Source: Lingula anatina (Eukaryota; Animalia; Brachiopoda). Taken from it: DNA of 64,000 nt. Location: positions 5,704,001-5,768,000 of the forward strand of contig CM120649.1 of the NCBI GenBank assembly GCA_051362555.1, given 5' to 3'. The stretch's first letter is position 1. Each line of letters starts with the position of its first letter. Position numbers and translations under genes: made by a program. This document shows positions 1-14,800 of this stretch, piece by piece. The notes under the pieces were generated by a model. It made no database searches. It worked only from the letters and a program-made list of their open reading frames with translations, and was not told where the DNA came from.

Positions 1-899
1 ATATTCTAACATACAATGATTCTTAAATGTACAAATTGTATAATGCTCCATAATGATACCTAAATACTGGTAGTAAAGTTGCCTTTTTTAAGTTACATTT
101 TTAAGCTAAACTCAGCTTATCAAAACCTCTGAACAAAAGTCAGGCATTATACCCGATACTGAACAATTTGAAAATGGACATACCAGATAAACTGATCAGA
201 AAAACAATATAAGAGTACACATTACATAAATACTCACTAATGAGAGTAAAAAAGAGGTTTCCATCCTCCATATTGGATTAATTAAGGGCCTTCTCCCAAC
301 AGTCACATCTTGAGGTCAGCAGATGTGACCAAAGGCAGCCAAAGATGACCCTTGTCCATCTGTTACTTTATCTTTACTTTGGACGAGGGACAGTTTGGAA
401 TTGAGACAGAGATACTGACATACTCTTTTACAAGTTATGGAGACATTTTGGAGCATTTCTGACACAATGGTACATGCACACATATAAATGCACCAAATCA
501 ACACAGAGTGCTACATTTTGTCAACAATAAAAGCTTCTTCATGATGGGAACACCAAGTTGTACACAGCTTTGCTTATTTTACATGTATTATAAGCCCCAA
601 TATCCAAAAACACCCAGAAAGGAGGCATTAAAGCAAGAGTTCTGAATGAAGACTTGTATTTGGATTAGAATACCTATTACTTTTAGGAACCAATGCTGTT
701 TTCTTTTATTTATTTACCATAATAAAATAACCTTCTCTATATGAAATCATAGTAACCTGCGGGTTGAATTTCCACATCTAATACATTTCCCAAATGTTGA
801 CAACTGTGGTGTTCCATCTCCTTGCTTGTGTCACAGCACCAGATGGTGACACTGTCCTTGCCTTAACATGGTGTGTGACACGTGGAGAGACTTAGGGTG

Positions 900-1120
900 C
901 TTTCCCAGAGATTTAGATCCATCTAAAGATTAAGATTTAGATCGACCTAACTCCCTGGGGGTTCACGCTAAATTGCAGTCAGCCGAGCGGGCACCATAGT
1001 TAATTACCCCCTTACAGCTTTTAGTAGGCGGGACAGACGCTTAAGCCGGCCAAGCTGACAGTAATCTAGTGAGACTCCCCACAGGGATAGATCGATCTAA
1101 AAATCTATGGAAATGGGGTG
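900..1120. mobile_element. Short MITE-like repeat; inverted relative at about 22895-24250 is split by the Harbinger element
   Basis: Shared TAGATCGATCTAA, GGGGAGTCTCACTAGATTACTGTCAG and CTGTAAGGGGGTAATTAAC segments. Confidence 0.65.
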
Positions 1121-1826
1121 TTACAGTACAGAGAGTGTGGGAAAGTGTAGCCCCATAGTTTGTCTTATGTCGCATTCAGAACAGATGATCCTCGGAGCTA
1201 CTCCTTCCCGGATCAGATATGGTGAACACTACATGATGACAAAACAGCCTAATCCTTCAATGATCTCCTAGTCTCAACATGAAATAAATTTGGGCTGCAA
1301 GGTTTAATTGCTATTGGAAAGGCTTTTAAGTAGGTTTGGGCATATTTAGTCTGTGGATCAGTAAGTTCATGGATCATATGTTATGAATGCGGCATAAAAA
1401 ATTTAGCATATCCATTTCAAATTCACGGCGAAATCCTAGTTCAACCCAATATTGACACCCAAAACAAAGGCAATATGATGCACATTCTAATATCTAAGCA
1501 ATTCACTGAAAGTAATACTTGTTGGCTCCCTTGGTCATAAGTGTGAGGCAATCCAAAAAAGTCCATATAAATGCTGGCCAGGTGAATGAGATGTACGGCA
1601 GAGTCCAGTGTTGTGAGTAGTGGCTAAAATACTGAGATTGGGTTGTCTGCCATGACTTTCAGGTTATGTAGTGCTTTTGGGAGGAGGGAGGTGGGGGTTG
1701 TTGTTGGGATTTCACGCTTATGTGTGAGATGATATGCTATCACCCCAAGAGATATATGCAAGAACACATTTTGCATCAGCAAGGTGTGTATATACCAACG
1801 CAAGGCTTACAACACCAAAAACAAAA

Positions 1827-4800
1827 CAAGGCAGCAAAGCTGTCAAATGTACAGACAAAAAGCAGGAAATAACTATGCACAAAATAGGCTACTGCCAATT
1901 CTGATGCAAAAGTACATAATGTTAAACTGCAAATTCAACATCAAATTTTAACAAGACAGCACTGTTCTGAAATGGGTTTATTTCCATTTTTAACACTTTT
2001 TTAACATAAAACAAAATGAACAGTTTACTGCTATTTTTATATGATCAACTAAGAAAATTAATGATATTGGAAAAATATCAATAGAACTGTGTTAAATGTC
2101 CAATTTCCTCCATTCTGAGATTCTGAACATAGTGGATGATTGAATCTGACAAACTGCAATGACATGAGTTTATTTCCATTTTTGACACTTTATTACACAA
2201 TACACGATAAAAAGTTTACCATCATTTTTACATAATCAACTAACAATGTTGTAAAGATGCAGGAAATGTCAAATAAACACTTTTACATATCTTATTAGTT
2301 TAATAATGAGACTGTTAACATGCCTAAGAATTGAATCTGAGGAAATGTGAAAAAACAGCACACCTTCTATAATAATGGCACGATTATGCTGATTTACGAA
2401 CTCAACCTGCATTTTAGTAAAATTGACCCCTCCTGTGACTTTCATGACAATTGGCCCATCTGTTTTTCTTATATTGTGTTTACAGTGTTGCATATATGCT
2501 GAAAAATGAAAAAACAGCATAACTATGGTAATATGCCAAACAATTCGACCAAGATTAATTAATTAATTTCATGGTTTGGTCGAATTGATTAAAATACAGC
2601 AAATGGAAACCTTTGATATCGTCGGATTGTTAGGGGCATTTGCCAAAACGTCCATCTTTCCGGAAGTATTGCATTTTACCGGAAGTGTTACGCAAGATAA
2701 GCCGCAATTTTCGCCTAACACGTGTTTCAGGCATGTTTTATCCTCCTTTTGAAATCTTATTTTGCTGTGTACAATATGTGCTAACATTACTTAACATTAA
2801 AAAAGACGACAATTATAATTTCTATTTATATATTTCCCTCACCTACGATCATTTTCATGATGCGCTTCACAAGTGGGACGAGTATTTCCCCGGAGACAGG
2901 TGTTGTAAACAAAGGCCGGTCACTTATATTTGAAACCGTAGCTTTAGTGGACTTAAACTAGTTATGTGATCTACGTACGCCCTATTTGAATTTTAATATG
3001 ACAACTGAAATCAACCGAATTGAAATTTTTTACCAGTCTGAGATCAGTTGTATTCAACCCGCAAGGCTTACTCAGCGTAGACGTACTTACTTCCGAAGAA
3101 AATTCAGTCACCCGTATCAAAGAATACCAACTGGTACTCAAACGGAATTCAGTGTAACTTCAAATTACTTTTAGTATTTTATTTAAAAAGCATGTCATAT
3201 TAAAATATATTGAGAAAAGGCAAAATATCGAGCCTACCTGTGCCGATAGACATACCAGTACAGTATCTTGCTGGCACTCTTCCGATTTTCTTACTTATAT
3301 ACTAGTACTCTCGCTGTGCACAAACCACGGTGTATATTGAAAACCCCAATGATACAACGTAAAAAAGCATTTAATCGCCATAATTTTCACAAAACAGGTG
3401 CATTTATAATTTGACGTGAGAATTGAGCACATGCAGAAATGAGAGACTAGTTTTATCTGGTCTGCTCCAGCATAGCGCAAACCACATGTTAATGAAGACG
3501 GTCCCATTTTGGGGGAGGGGGTCACAGGAATGGAGTACTTCGTGGATTACGTTAAATATTATCAACATTTCATGCATCTGGGGAAATAAAAATTGACTCA
3601 CAGGTAACATAAATACCCAGTGGAACTCTCTATGAAGCTCCCATGGAGTTAAGGAAGACGTCATTTTTATTGTTGACAAATCAGTTATCCATGTAGGTGA
3701 ACAGCTACACGTGTTCGTCAGATTTTGACAGCGCGTGGTATTTGGCGCCAAGAAGTCTGGGCGGTCGATCCCGCTGATCTGTCGGGCGATTGTAGTAAAT
3801 GTAAGATCTTGCGGTGTTGACTTGAAGAACATTTCCCCATCTGCATATACTGTATATTACAACTGAACTTGAAAATAAATTGCATATATCCTTCCCAAAC
3901 TTTTTAATGCTAGCAAACGCTATATATGGTCTATATGAAGGTGTTTACGACGTATTCTACCCACTGTCGATATTTAGTTTCATCCAGAATAGACCTTTTT
4001 TAACCCCCCCCCTCCCCCAGATACGGGCGTGATGAATCACTCAGCGAGGGCAAGTCTGCTTAATTTGCACAAATTGTATGTCTATGAGCACTGTTCGGGG
4101 ACAAAGGAAATGACAGGTACGTCATGCTTCAAGATTAGATCTTCAATTATTTCTTCTTCATTGACGAGAGCTATTGAAAGGACAACAATTGACAAAAGGC
4201 CGAGGCATGCAGCATCTATTTCACTGGCTTGAAAATTTACCGGGACTTGCCGACGATGTGGTCGAACAATCGGAACAAGAAAAAAATTCTGTCGCATGAT
4301 TTTGACGTATGGACTAAATGTTTGAGCCCAGAAAAATTAATTTTATAAAATAATTTTTGTGGTCGGATTGACTGGGCCCGTCGAAATGCCTGGCACATTA
4401 CCGTACTAAAATAGTGGCCTGATCATGCCGATTTTCAAACTTGATCTGCGTTTTAGTAAGATCGATTACTCCTGTGAGTTTCATGACAACAGGCCTATTG
4501 GTTTTCCTTGAAATGTGTTTACAGTGTTGCAAATATGCTGAAAAGTGAAAAAACAGCATAACTTCTACAATAATGGCTCGATCATGCTGATTTTCGAACT
4601 TGACCTGCATTTTATGAATATTCATCAGCTCTGTAAATATACAGCCAAAAAGTAAAATTGACTTCCACTTATCGTGTTTACAATGAAAGTGCACGGCACC
4701 AGTGACAGTGACGGCGACGACAGATGCAGGTGATGGCAATATGTACAGACACATCTGTACATATTTACTGTACTGTTTGAGAACAGTAAGTGACATGGTT

Positions 4801-6237
4801 TTTCTTAAATGCTCATCATGGGAGCAGTGTCCAAAATAGATTTTTTTCAAATTTTGATGCAATATTACATAATGTTTAACAGCATAATGACCATCAATTT
4901 TTAATAATAAAATATTAGCATCATGGATATTCAGAAAATGTGACTAGCAAAGGTCTTCAGGCCCATGGAACTTCAAAGTCACAACTTGAAAATGCCAAAA
5001 TGTAAACAAGACAGCACTGTTCTGAAATGTTTTTTTTTTTTCATTTTTAACAATTTTTTAAACATAAAACAAAATTAACAGGTCACTGCCATTTTTATAC
5101 GATCAACTAAGAAAATTGATGAGATGGAAAAAATATCAATACAACAGTGTTAAATGTCCAATTTCCTCCATTCTGAGATTCTGAACATAGTGAATGATTG
5201 AATCTGACAAACTGCAATGATATGAGTTTGTTTCCATTTTTGAAACTTTATTACACAATACACGATGACAAGTTTACCATCAGTTTTACATAATCAACTA
5301 ATAATGTTGTAAAGATGCAGGAAATGTCAACCAAACACTTTTACATGTCTTATTAGTTAAAGAACGAGACTGTTAACATGCCTAAGAATTGAATCTGAGG
5401 AAATGTGGAACAAGACAGCACTGTTCTGACATGGGTTTATTTCCATTTTTTACACTTTTTTAACATAAAACAAAATAAACAGTTTACTGCAATTTTTATA
5501 TGATCAACTAAGATAATTGATGAGATGGGAAAAATATCAATAGAATAGTGTTAAATGTCCAATTTCCTCCACTCTGAGATTCTGAACATAGTGAATGATT
5601 GAATCTGACAAACTGCAATGATATGAGTTTATTTCCATTTTTGACACTTTATTACACAATACACGATAACAAGTTTACCATCATTTTTACATAATCAACT
5701 AACAATGTTGTAAAGATGCAGGAAATGTCAAACAAACACTTTAATGTATCTTATTAGTAAAATAATAAGACTGTTAACATGCCTAAGAATTGAATCTGAG
5801 GAAATGTGAAAAAACAGCATAACTTCTAAAATAATGGCCCGATTATGCTGATTTTCGAACTCGACCTGCATTTTAGTAAGATTGACCACTCCTGTGAGTT
5901 TAATGGCAATTGGCCTATCGGTTTTTCTTATATTGTGTTTACAGTGTTGCACATATGCTGAAAAAAAGGAAATATGCTGAAAAGTGAAAAAACAGCATAA
6001 CTTCTACAATAATGGCCCGATCATACTGATTTTCGAACTTGACCTGCGTTTTATGAATATTCATCAGCTCTGTAAATATAAAGCCAAAAAGTAAAACTGC
6101 CCTCCACTTATCGTGTTTACAAGGAAAGTGCACGGCGCCGGCATCGCCATCGCCATCGCCATCGCCATCACCATCGCCATCGGCGACGACAGACGCAGGT
6201 GATGGCAATATGTACAGACACATCTGTGTCTGTACAT
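1827..6237 (-). mobile_element. Non-autonomous Helentron/HINE-like element, family A (rearranged, interrupted)
   Basis: Ends CAAGGCAGCAAAGCTGTCAAATGTACAGAC and palindrome TGTACAGACACATCTGTGTCTGTACA, adjacent GC-rich microsatellite, inserted in A-runs; same ends as the copies at 11122 and 42076. Confidence 0.7.
2526..4403. mobile_element. Non-autonomous TIR DNA transposon with TA target duplication (Tc1/mariner-like), nested in family A
   Basis: TA|TGGTAATATGCCAAACAATTCGAC and GTCGAAATGCCTGGCACATTACCG|TA are imperfect inverted repeats; no transposase recognised. Confidence 0.6.
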
Positions 6238-7636
6238 AAAAAGCATGTAAAACAATCTAAAAAACAGTACCTTGGTAGATATAATCTAATTTTATGTCTG
6301 TTGTAGCTTTTCTTCAAACAGATTCAACAAACTAGAAGGCAAAGATCAAAATTGAACAGTTGCTACTAGTATATCACAGATGGACAGATGGGGGCCCCTC
6401 TTCTCCTCTCCCAAATTCTCCCCTCCTGCCCCTCTATTCCATCCATCTTAAAAACAGACTAAAACCATAACAATTTTAATTGATCTACAGCACTTTATAT
6501 CAAACAATTTCAAGTCATGCAACTGTGAAATTACAGTCATTCCTGTGACAGCTGGGTCAATTATTATTGTCTCCCGCCTCCACTAATTGCCTATTGTACT
6601 GAGGCCCCTTCTCTAGGACATAATTTTTCATATTTCATTTGGTGTACAAATATCCTTAACTTACCATAAAAAGTCATTTTTCACCCAGCAACTTGACCTA
6701 TTTCATTGGACACAATGGGCAGTAGATAAATCCTAAACAGTTTTATGATTAAAAGTTCTCCCACAAGCAGTAGAAAAAGTTCAGCGATGAACTGGTTGAT
6801 GCGTCCTCCATGTTGGCAGAGTGTGTGCCGGTTTGTGCAGGTTAGAGAGAGTTCATTGTAATACTCACAACTTGTGCCTGGTGCAATCGACACTTCTATG
6901 GTCTATGAGCTGTCACCAAGGTTACTTTGTATTAATATCATGCTAAATCTGGTATGATTTAATCTAAATAAATTAAGGTTTTAACATTTAAGCTGGTTTG
7001 TAATAGCAGAATACAACTTTTTATAGCAAACTTAACCCAGAACATCTCACATATCTAAGAATATAACTGAACTGGGCATATTCACATTTTACCATCAGAA
7101 ATTTGAATCCCATCTTATTTAAATTTAATCAACTTTGATCAATTTATTATTCGAACCTGAATCTGATATTTTGAAAATTTTATTGTTGCACACTCTTTAC
7201 ATATCTTTTTTATGATCTTCAATGTGTAAATATCTTACTCTAAAATATATCTCGGCATTATTGGTTTTAAGTAAAAACCTACTTAAGATGAAGAAAATAC
7301 ATATATTTAGTGTCAGTAAAATCTTCCATATAAAGTAAAATAACATTGCCATTAATATGCATATCACAATAAAATTCACTTGCAGCCAATCCACATTGAT
7401 TTATAATCATAAATATACAGTCTCTGTGGACATGGGAAAAAACAATTGCCCTCAACACTACCATTTACTCATGCAAAACAGGCATCAACAGACCAAGAAA
7501 ATACAGTGAATAAAAAAAAAGCAAAGAACATCTTATATGATTCATATAGCAACTACAGAACATATAGTCAACAAATGATTTAATTTTAAGAAAGGAGGAC
7601 AGGGCGTGTACTGCATCACACCTACTTCACCCATTC

Positions 7637-7889
7637 CCTGTGAAAATTTGTCTCATTTAACGTTCACTTACAGTTCTCAATCTATTCTAGAACATTTGGT
7701 GTATTTTTTTTTTCACAGTTTTAATGCTGTTCTGTAATGAATGTAATAGTTCGAGAACTCTCTTTGGGAAGTCCTTCAGAATGTCCTAGAACACATTAAG
7801 AACATTTTTTCATTTAAAGAGAAAAACATTATGTTCTAGGACAGACTGAGAACTGTAAGTAAGCATTAAATGAGACAAATTTTCGCAGG
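7637..7889. mobile_element. Palindromic MITE
   Basis: Arms of about 60 bp: CCTGTGAAAATTTGTCTCATTTAA... and ...TTAAATGAGACAAATTTTCGCAGG. Confidence 0.7.
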
Positions 7890-8564
7890 AGATTAGAGTA
7901 AGTTTCAGTTATTCTATTCATTCATATCTCTAAATTTTCTAATCTAATTTATTTAATGTCTGATAATTTTTCATAAGGTCAAAACAAAATCTGCTTGTGT
8001 TTTAGTAAACAAATCTTTGCTCTCCCATATGATATTGCAAAGTTAAAATAATCATATGGTACAGATAATCCCTTAAGAATAAAACTCAGACTAACACATA
8101 TAAAACTCACATTGTCAACACAACTAATGCAACAAAAGCAATTATGCCTTTCAAAGGTGACTCCAATAAAGAAAACAAAGAATACAGATGTCAAAAGCCG
8201 GTGAAAACTGCCATGTCAAACACACTGATACAGTGCAAGTTCTTGCATTTAATAATAAATCAACTACCACAATTTTATTTCTATAATCATCTGATTCATT
8301 TAAGCATGCATTCCCTAATGCCACAGTGAATAAGTTATTACCAACTATTCAAAGGAATCACATCCAAACACAATCATTTACACAAGGTAGTCACCCCCAA
8401 CACAATTTAAAGACACAAACAAAAGTCAATCAAAAATATTATCTTTACCTTTACTTACATTAATATTCATTAAAACAACACAATTAATCCACTCATGCCC
8501 AGAGCAATTAAACCCAAAACCAATCACAACTAACATAACACACATATATTTGGAATTATCTTAC

Positions 8565-10413
8565 CTTCATCTGTTCCTGGTCCAGTCTCCACTTTCTTCA
8601 GTTTGGCATTGGCAATCCCTGCCAGCAGGCCACCAGGTGGTGCTGATGATGTGGAAGGGGGTGGAGGGGGAGGGGGTGGTGGGGGTGGGGCAGAGGGTAG
8701 GTTAGGAGGGGGTACATTAGAAGAAGGAGGGATATTGCAGGATGGACCTGGAGGAGGGGGAGGAGGGGGAGGGACATTGGAGGGTGGACCTGGAGGAGGG
8801 GGAGGGATGTTAGAGGGTGGACCTGGAGGAGGGGGTGGTGGAGGTGGGGGTGCAGATGAGGGTGTGGGTGCTGGTTTACCTGTTGCAGGAGATACAGGGG
8901 GTGGAGGGGGTGGAGGGGGTGCACCCATAGGCGTATGTGGAGATTTGGGTTTCAGTACTTTAGCAGGTGTTATATTCTGCAAGGCTGGTGGACTGGGTGG
9001 AGGTTTGGCCATTGCTGAAGATGGCCCAGACATTCTTTTCTGATTATTCTGTCCCCCATTTCCATTGCCTCTCTGTGTCACAGCCTCCTTACTTTGTGGA
9101 GGGGAAGGTTGTCCAAGCACCGCTGGTCCTGGTTGACCAGAAACATTCTTGTCACCCTGTGAGGGGGGCCTTGGAGGACTGTCCTTTGGTCTGCTTGGGC
9201 TACTACTATGCCTGGGAGATGGAGGTGGCTGTGAAGCTGTGCTTGGAGGTCTTGGAGGTGGCCCATGTGATCCTGGTGGCTGCCTGCTCTGTCCTCCTTG
9301 AACAGCATGTTTTGGTGATGGAGGGGGTGGAGTGAAGGATGGAGGACCCCCTGTGCCACTTGTTTGTTTTGGCTGGGGGGCGAGTGAGGGGAGAGGCCCT
9401 TGTGAGCTCCTTTTGCCTCCAGGAGCACCAGGTGGAGGTGGGGGGACGAAAGATGGGGGACCATCCTGCACCCCACCAGAGGATGACCTTGCACCACTTG
9501 TGGTTAATGGGGAACGATCACCAGGATGTAGGTTTGACCTTTGACCCGCTTCTGTCTGAGGTCCTGGAGAAGCTGGTGATTGCTTAACAGGAGATTTGGG
9601 CACCTTGGCAGCCACTGCTCCAGACTGTCCCTGTGAAACATTGCCAGGTGATGGCCCACTAGGCTTTGGGGGTCTTTGTTGTGCTTGGTTCACTGAAGGC
9701 GGAGGAGGAGGTACAAAAGAGGGTGGAGGAGGTGCAATGTAGGTGGCAGGTGGCCCTGGCTGGACTGGTTTGGAAGCTCTTCTCATGTCTGCAGAGGGAG
9801 CCACGGGTCTCATGTCTGAGACAGGTTTATTTCTTGGTACTTGCTGTGCGTTTTCACTGTTCTTCACAGGTGGTTTCATTGGGATTTTACTCTGCGTACT
9901 GTCTGTCTGTGATGGAGTTGGACTACCAAGATTTAAAGGAGCAGATGGGGTGGTAGGCGTGCTGCTAGAGCTTTTCTTTGGCTTTGGCAAAACTGCTGGG
10001 GGTGCTACTTTTCTCCCTTTTGGGAAGTTCATCTCTTGTGGAGGCCATCTTTGTTCTGTTGACCTGGATGGTAATTCTTGTTGTGACCCACTCATCTGTT
10101 GTGCTGCCCTCTGCTGGTGTGCACCAATGCCACCTGTTGGCATCTGTGACTTCCTATAGGCTGCAACCACCTGTTCAACCTGATCATAGTCTTCCAGATC
10201 CACTGGAAGAGCACCTGCACTGCCATCTGGTGGTGGAACTTCCAAAATTGGCTTCTCTCCCTTTCTCCTGATTGAGTTGAGCCAGGCTAAGGGAGGAGGG
10301 GGAAGAGAATAGGGGTCAAGGTCACAGCTATCACCTTGATCTTCAGTTTCTGGTGGCTGAATCACAGGACAGGCAATGTCGTAATCGGCAGGAAGGTCGT
10401 AGTCCCCCAAAAT
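8565..10413 (-). CDS. Large proline-rich myosin tail exon ending in a WH2-like motif
   Basis: Inside ORF 8530-10449. Phase-0 acceptor ttgcag|ATT matches the preceding exon; donor G|gtaag at 8564. Polyproline runs followed by [16 protein letters not shown]. Confidence 0.85.
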
Positions 10414-11731
10414 CTGCAACAGTGATGACATTCTTGTGAAAATGGCCATTATTTATTAATTATTAATTAAAGTCTCAATTTAGTACACACAGCCCTGTCT
10501 GCATTCAATTCTTTTTTTTTTTTTTTTTTTTACAAATAGTTTAGTTTTAAATACAGAAAGTATATACTTGATTGCAATCCCACCACCCCCTACTGTGTAT
10601 AATACCTTAAAGTTGGAAATCTTATATCCAATGCTTACTGTATACAGTATCAGGTTATTAGGGGATAATGGATGAATTGCCTTATTGGGAATTGCAAAAA
10701 AGTGATAACTTCCTGAAGGTTTATGATAGGGTAGAACTAAAATATTTTATTTTATGTTTATCAGTCAATTGTTAACATAGCACAATAATTGTCAAACATA
10801 AAAAACATTTTTCATCTAATCTATGTCACTATAAACCTAAATAAAAAGCAGAATGCCAGCTATTTGATACTTGCCTTGATCAAGTTTTCACAATTATATT
10901 TCTACATCTGGTATTAGTTCCAGTAGCTACAAGTTAGCATTTATTTATAGTAGTAGTATGTATGAGTACATATAGGTCCCACAAAAAACATTGTGTGGTG
11001 TGCCGCTGTGTTTAAAATTTGTATCAATTACCCCTTAATGTGCTTGAGAAAAGACCCAGTTACACCTTTTTGTCTGTGTCTGACTGTGGCTTCTACATAC
11101 TGTCACTATAAGACTAAATAACAAGGCAGCAAAGCTGTCAAATGTACAGACAAAAAACAGAAAATAATGATGCAAAATAGGTCATTTTGCCAATTATGAT
11201 GCAATAATAAATAATGCTTATAATAGCACTGTTAGTCAACACTGAATTTTAATCATGCACAACAGGTAACATGGTCAATAACAGGAGCTGACCCAGAGAT
11301 ATTTTCTGACAGTATTCCAAAGTATCTTTGTTGATCCATCCTCTATTTTGATGATCTTCCAACAGAAAAAAAATAAATATCAGTCAATATAAACTTAAAA
11401 ATCCTAACGTCTTCTGGAAGCTGACCCAGAAGATGGTCTCAATCCATCCCTTCAATAAGATTACAGTATCAGGACCATGAGAGACCAAAGTCACATGATG
11501 AAAGTCTCAATATTTGAAAAATGATGACAGTGCATAAAATAATATTACATAATGTTTGAAAACATAAATAACATACAACTGCTTATGTGGAAATACAGAA
11601 AATGTGCAGAGCTTCAGGCGGTTAAATATCACAAATGCAAGTGTTTGAGAAAAAAGTTAGTAAGGAAAATAAACAAAACTAGAAAAGCACTCCGAGAGTG
11701 CAGACCTCTGCCCAGGCAGCAATTGTTGATT

Positions 11732-11826
<95 letters not shown>

Positions 11827-14800
11827 CCTGCATAATTTACCTCCATAATTATCACTGCTTCCTTATTATTAATCTAGCAGAGAGCTTAACCTTTGGGAGT
11901 TTACAGGGAGATATCAACAAGTGTGCTTTATGTAATCTCATTTAATGGCCTATTAATAATCAATTAGGCAAATTACTTTATAACTCAGAGCTTAGCTAAG
12001 TGATACCCAAGGGAAATTTACAGACTGACCCTCTCAAAGACCCTTCAGGCCCATAAGTCACATCTTAAGAAAAGCACAAAACAATAATGCACAAAATAGG
12101 AGACTACCAATTCTGATGAAATGATACATTATGTTTAACTGCAAAGTCAACATCATATTTTAATTATGCACAGCAGGTAACACCGACCAAAGTAAAAGCA
12201 TAAGGCTTCAGGCCCATCAGAGTTCAAGTTTATACTTAGAAAGTGCCAGAATAAAAAAATGAAAATTTCACACAAAATTGCATAAATTCAATAATAAACG
12301 ATAACCCAATTGACCTAGCTTTCTAATTTTAACTGCATGCCAATCCTAAAAATCATTCTCATAAGTTAAAAATAATAATAAGTAACACAGTTTTCTTTTC
12401 ATAATGTTTGCAGTAGCAGTGCAAAAAGATTATTGTAAATTTTGATGTAACATTGCATAATAAATTATAGAATAATTATCACCAATTTTTGATTATTGAT
12501 TACAAATAGCATGGACATGTAGAAAATTTGATTACCATTAGGCTTCATGTCCATGGGAGCTCCGAGTCCTACAATGAATATGCCAAAAAGTTAATGAATA
12601 TTTCACTCAAATGTATAACTTCCAGAAAAAGAAGCCAATTAGACTGCTTTTCCAACTCAGGCTGCATTTTAGTACAGTGTTTCTTTTTTTAAGGTTTGAC
12701 AGTCATAAGTAACACGGTTTTCCCTTCATGGTCATCATGGCAGCAGCACCAAAAATTGTTTTCTTCTATTTTGAAGCAACATTACATAATGCTTAACAGC
12801 ATATATGACCATCAATTTTTATTTAATAGAATATTAGTAACATGGACTTTCAGAAAACATGACAAGCAAAGGTCTTCAGAATCATGGAACTTCAAAGTCA
12901 CACCTTGAAAATGCCAATAAGTGAAAAATTAAATTTTCACAAAATGTTTAACTGCCAGAAAAAATTACCAAACAGACTGCATTGCCTACTGAAGCTGTAT
13001 TTTAGACCCACATTTCTTTCCTGTAAGTTTGATAACAGTAAGTGACATGATTTTCTTTAAATGGTCATCATGGGAGCAGTGCCCAAAATATGGGTTTCTT
13101 CTAATCTTGATGCAATATTACATAATGTTTAACAGCATAATGACCATCAATTTTTAATCATAAAATATTAGTATCATGGATATTCAGAAAATGTGACTAG
13201 CAAAGATCTGCAGGCTCATGGAACTTCAAAGTCACATCTTAAAAATGCCAAACTGTAAAAAAGACAGCACTGTTCTGAAATGGGTTTATTTCCATTTTAA
13301 CACTTTTTAAACAAAACAAAATAAACAGTATACTTCCATTTTTATATGACCAACTAAGAAAATTGATGAGATGGGAAAAATATCAATAGAACAGTGTTAA
13401 ATGTCCAATTTCCTCCATTCTGAGATTCTGAACATAGTTGATGATTGAATCTAACAAACTGCAATATGATATGATATGAGTTTATTTCCATTTTTGACAC
13501 TATATTACACAATACACGATATCAAGTTTACCATCATTTTTACATAATCAACTAACAATGTTGTAAAGATGCAGGAAATATCAAACAAACACTTTTACGT
13601 ATCTTATTAGTTAAATAATGAGACTGTTAACATGCTTAAGAATTGAATCTGAGGAAATATGAAAAAACAGCATAACTTCTAAAATAATTGCCAGATTATG
13701 CTGATTTTCCAACTCAACCTGCATTTTAGTAAGATTGACCACTCCTGTAAGTATAATGACAATTGGCCTATCTGTTTTTCTTATATAGTGTTATCAGTGT
13801 TGCATATATGTTGAAAAAAGTGAAAAAATAGCATAACTCCCCTAAAAATGGCTTGATCATGCTGATTTTCGAACTTGATCTGCGGATTATGAATCTTCAT
13901 CAGTTTTGTAAGTTTGAAGCCAAAAAGTAAAGCGGTTTTCCACTTATCGTGTTATCAGTGCTGCATATATGCTGAAAAAAGTAAAAAAAAAACAGCATAA
14001 CTTCCCTACAAGTCACCCGATCATGCTGATTTTCGAACTTGACCTGCGTATTATAAATATTTTTCAGTTCTGTAAGTTTCAAGCCAAAAGCCAAAACGGT
14101 TTTCCAGTTATCGTGTTATCGGTGCTGTATATATATGCTGAAAAAAGAGAAAAAATAGCCTAAATTCACTAAAAAATTACCCAATCATGCCGATTTTCGA
14201 ACTTGACCTGCGTATTATGAATATTTATCAGTTCTGTAAGTTTCAAGCCAAAAAGTAAAATGGTTTTCCACTTATCATGTTATCGGTGCTGCATTTATGC
14301 TGAAAAAAGAGAAAAAATAGCCTAAATTCACTAAAAATGACCCAATCACGCTGATTTTCGAACTTGACCTGCGTATTATGAATATTCATCAGTTCTGTAA
14401 GTTTCAAGCCAAAAAGTAAAACAGTTTTCCACTTATCGTGTTATCGGTGCTTCATTTATGCTGAAAAAAGTGAAAAAACGGCATAAATTCCCTATAAGTG
14501 ACCCGATCATGCTGATTTTCGAACTTGACCTGCGTATTATGAATATTCATTAGTTCTGTAAGTTTCAAGCCAAAAGAAAAACCAGTTTTCCACTTATCGT
14601 GTTATCGGTAAAAGTGCACGGCGACGGCGACGGCGACGACAGACGCAGATGACGGCTATATGTACAGACACATCTGTGTCTGTACATAAAAAGCAGCAGC
14701 CTTGATCAAATAGTTACAATTTAAAATTAGAAGCAGCATGTTACATGTCAAGGTAGTTAAGTTCTACAAATAATATGTTTGGTGGGGGTGGGGGGCATCT

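Noticed and set aside
3404-4297. ORFs inside the TA-flanked TIR element as a transposase
   Set aside because: Short, with no recognisable DDE or HTH motifs.
2269-6255. Recurrent short ORFs with QVKFENQH and MLFFHF motifs (also at 13900, 43328, 44937)
   Set aside because: Translations of the non-coding family A repeat; no Rep/helicase or transposase motifs.
6681-6910. Candidate terminal myosin exon
   Set aside because: Several AG acceptors give different short peptides and none can be chosen without cDNA.
8598-10271. Gly-rich and His/Leu-rich ORFs overlapping the Pro-rich exon
   Set aside because: Antisense and alternative-frame shadows of CCN-rich coding sequence.
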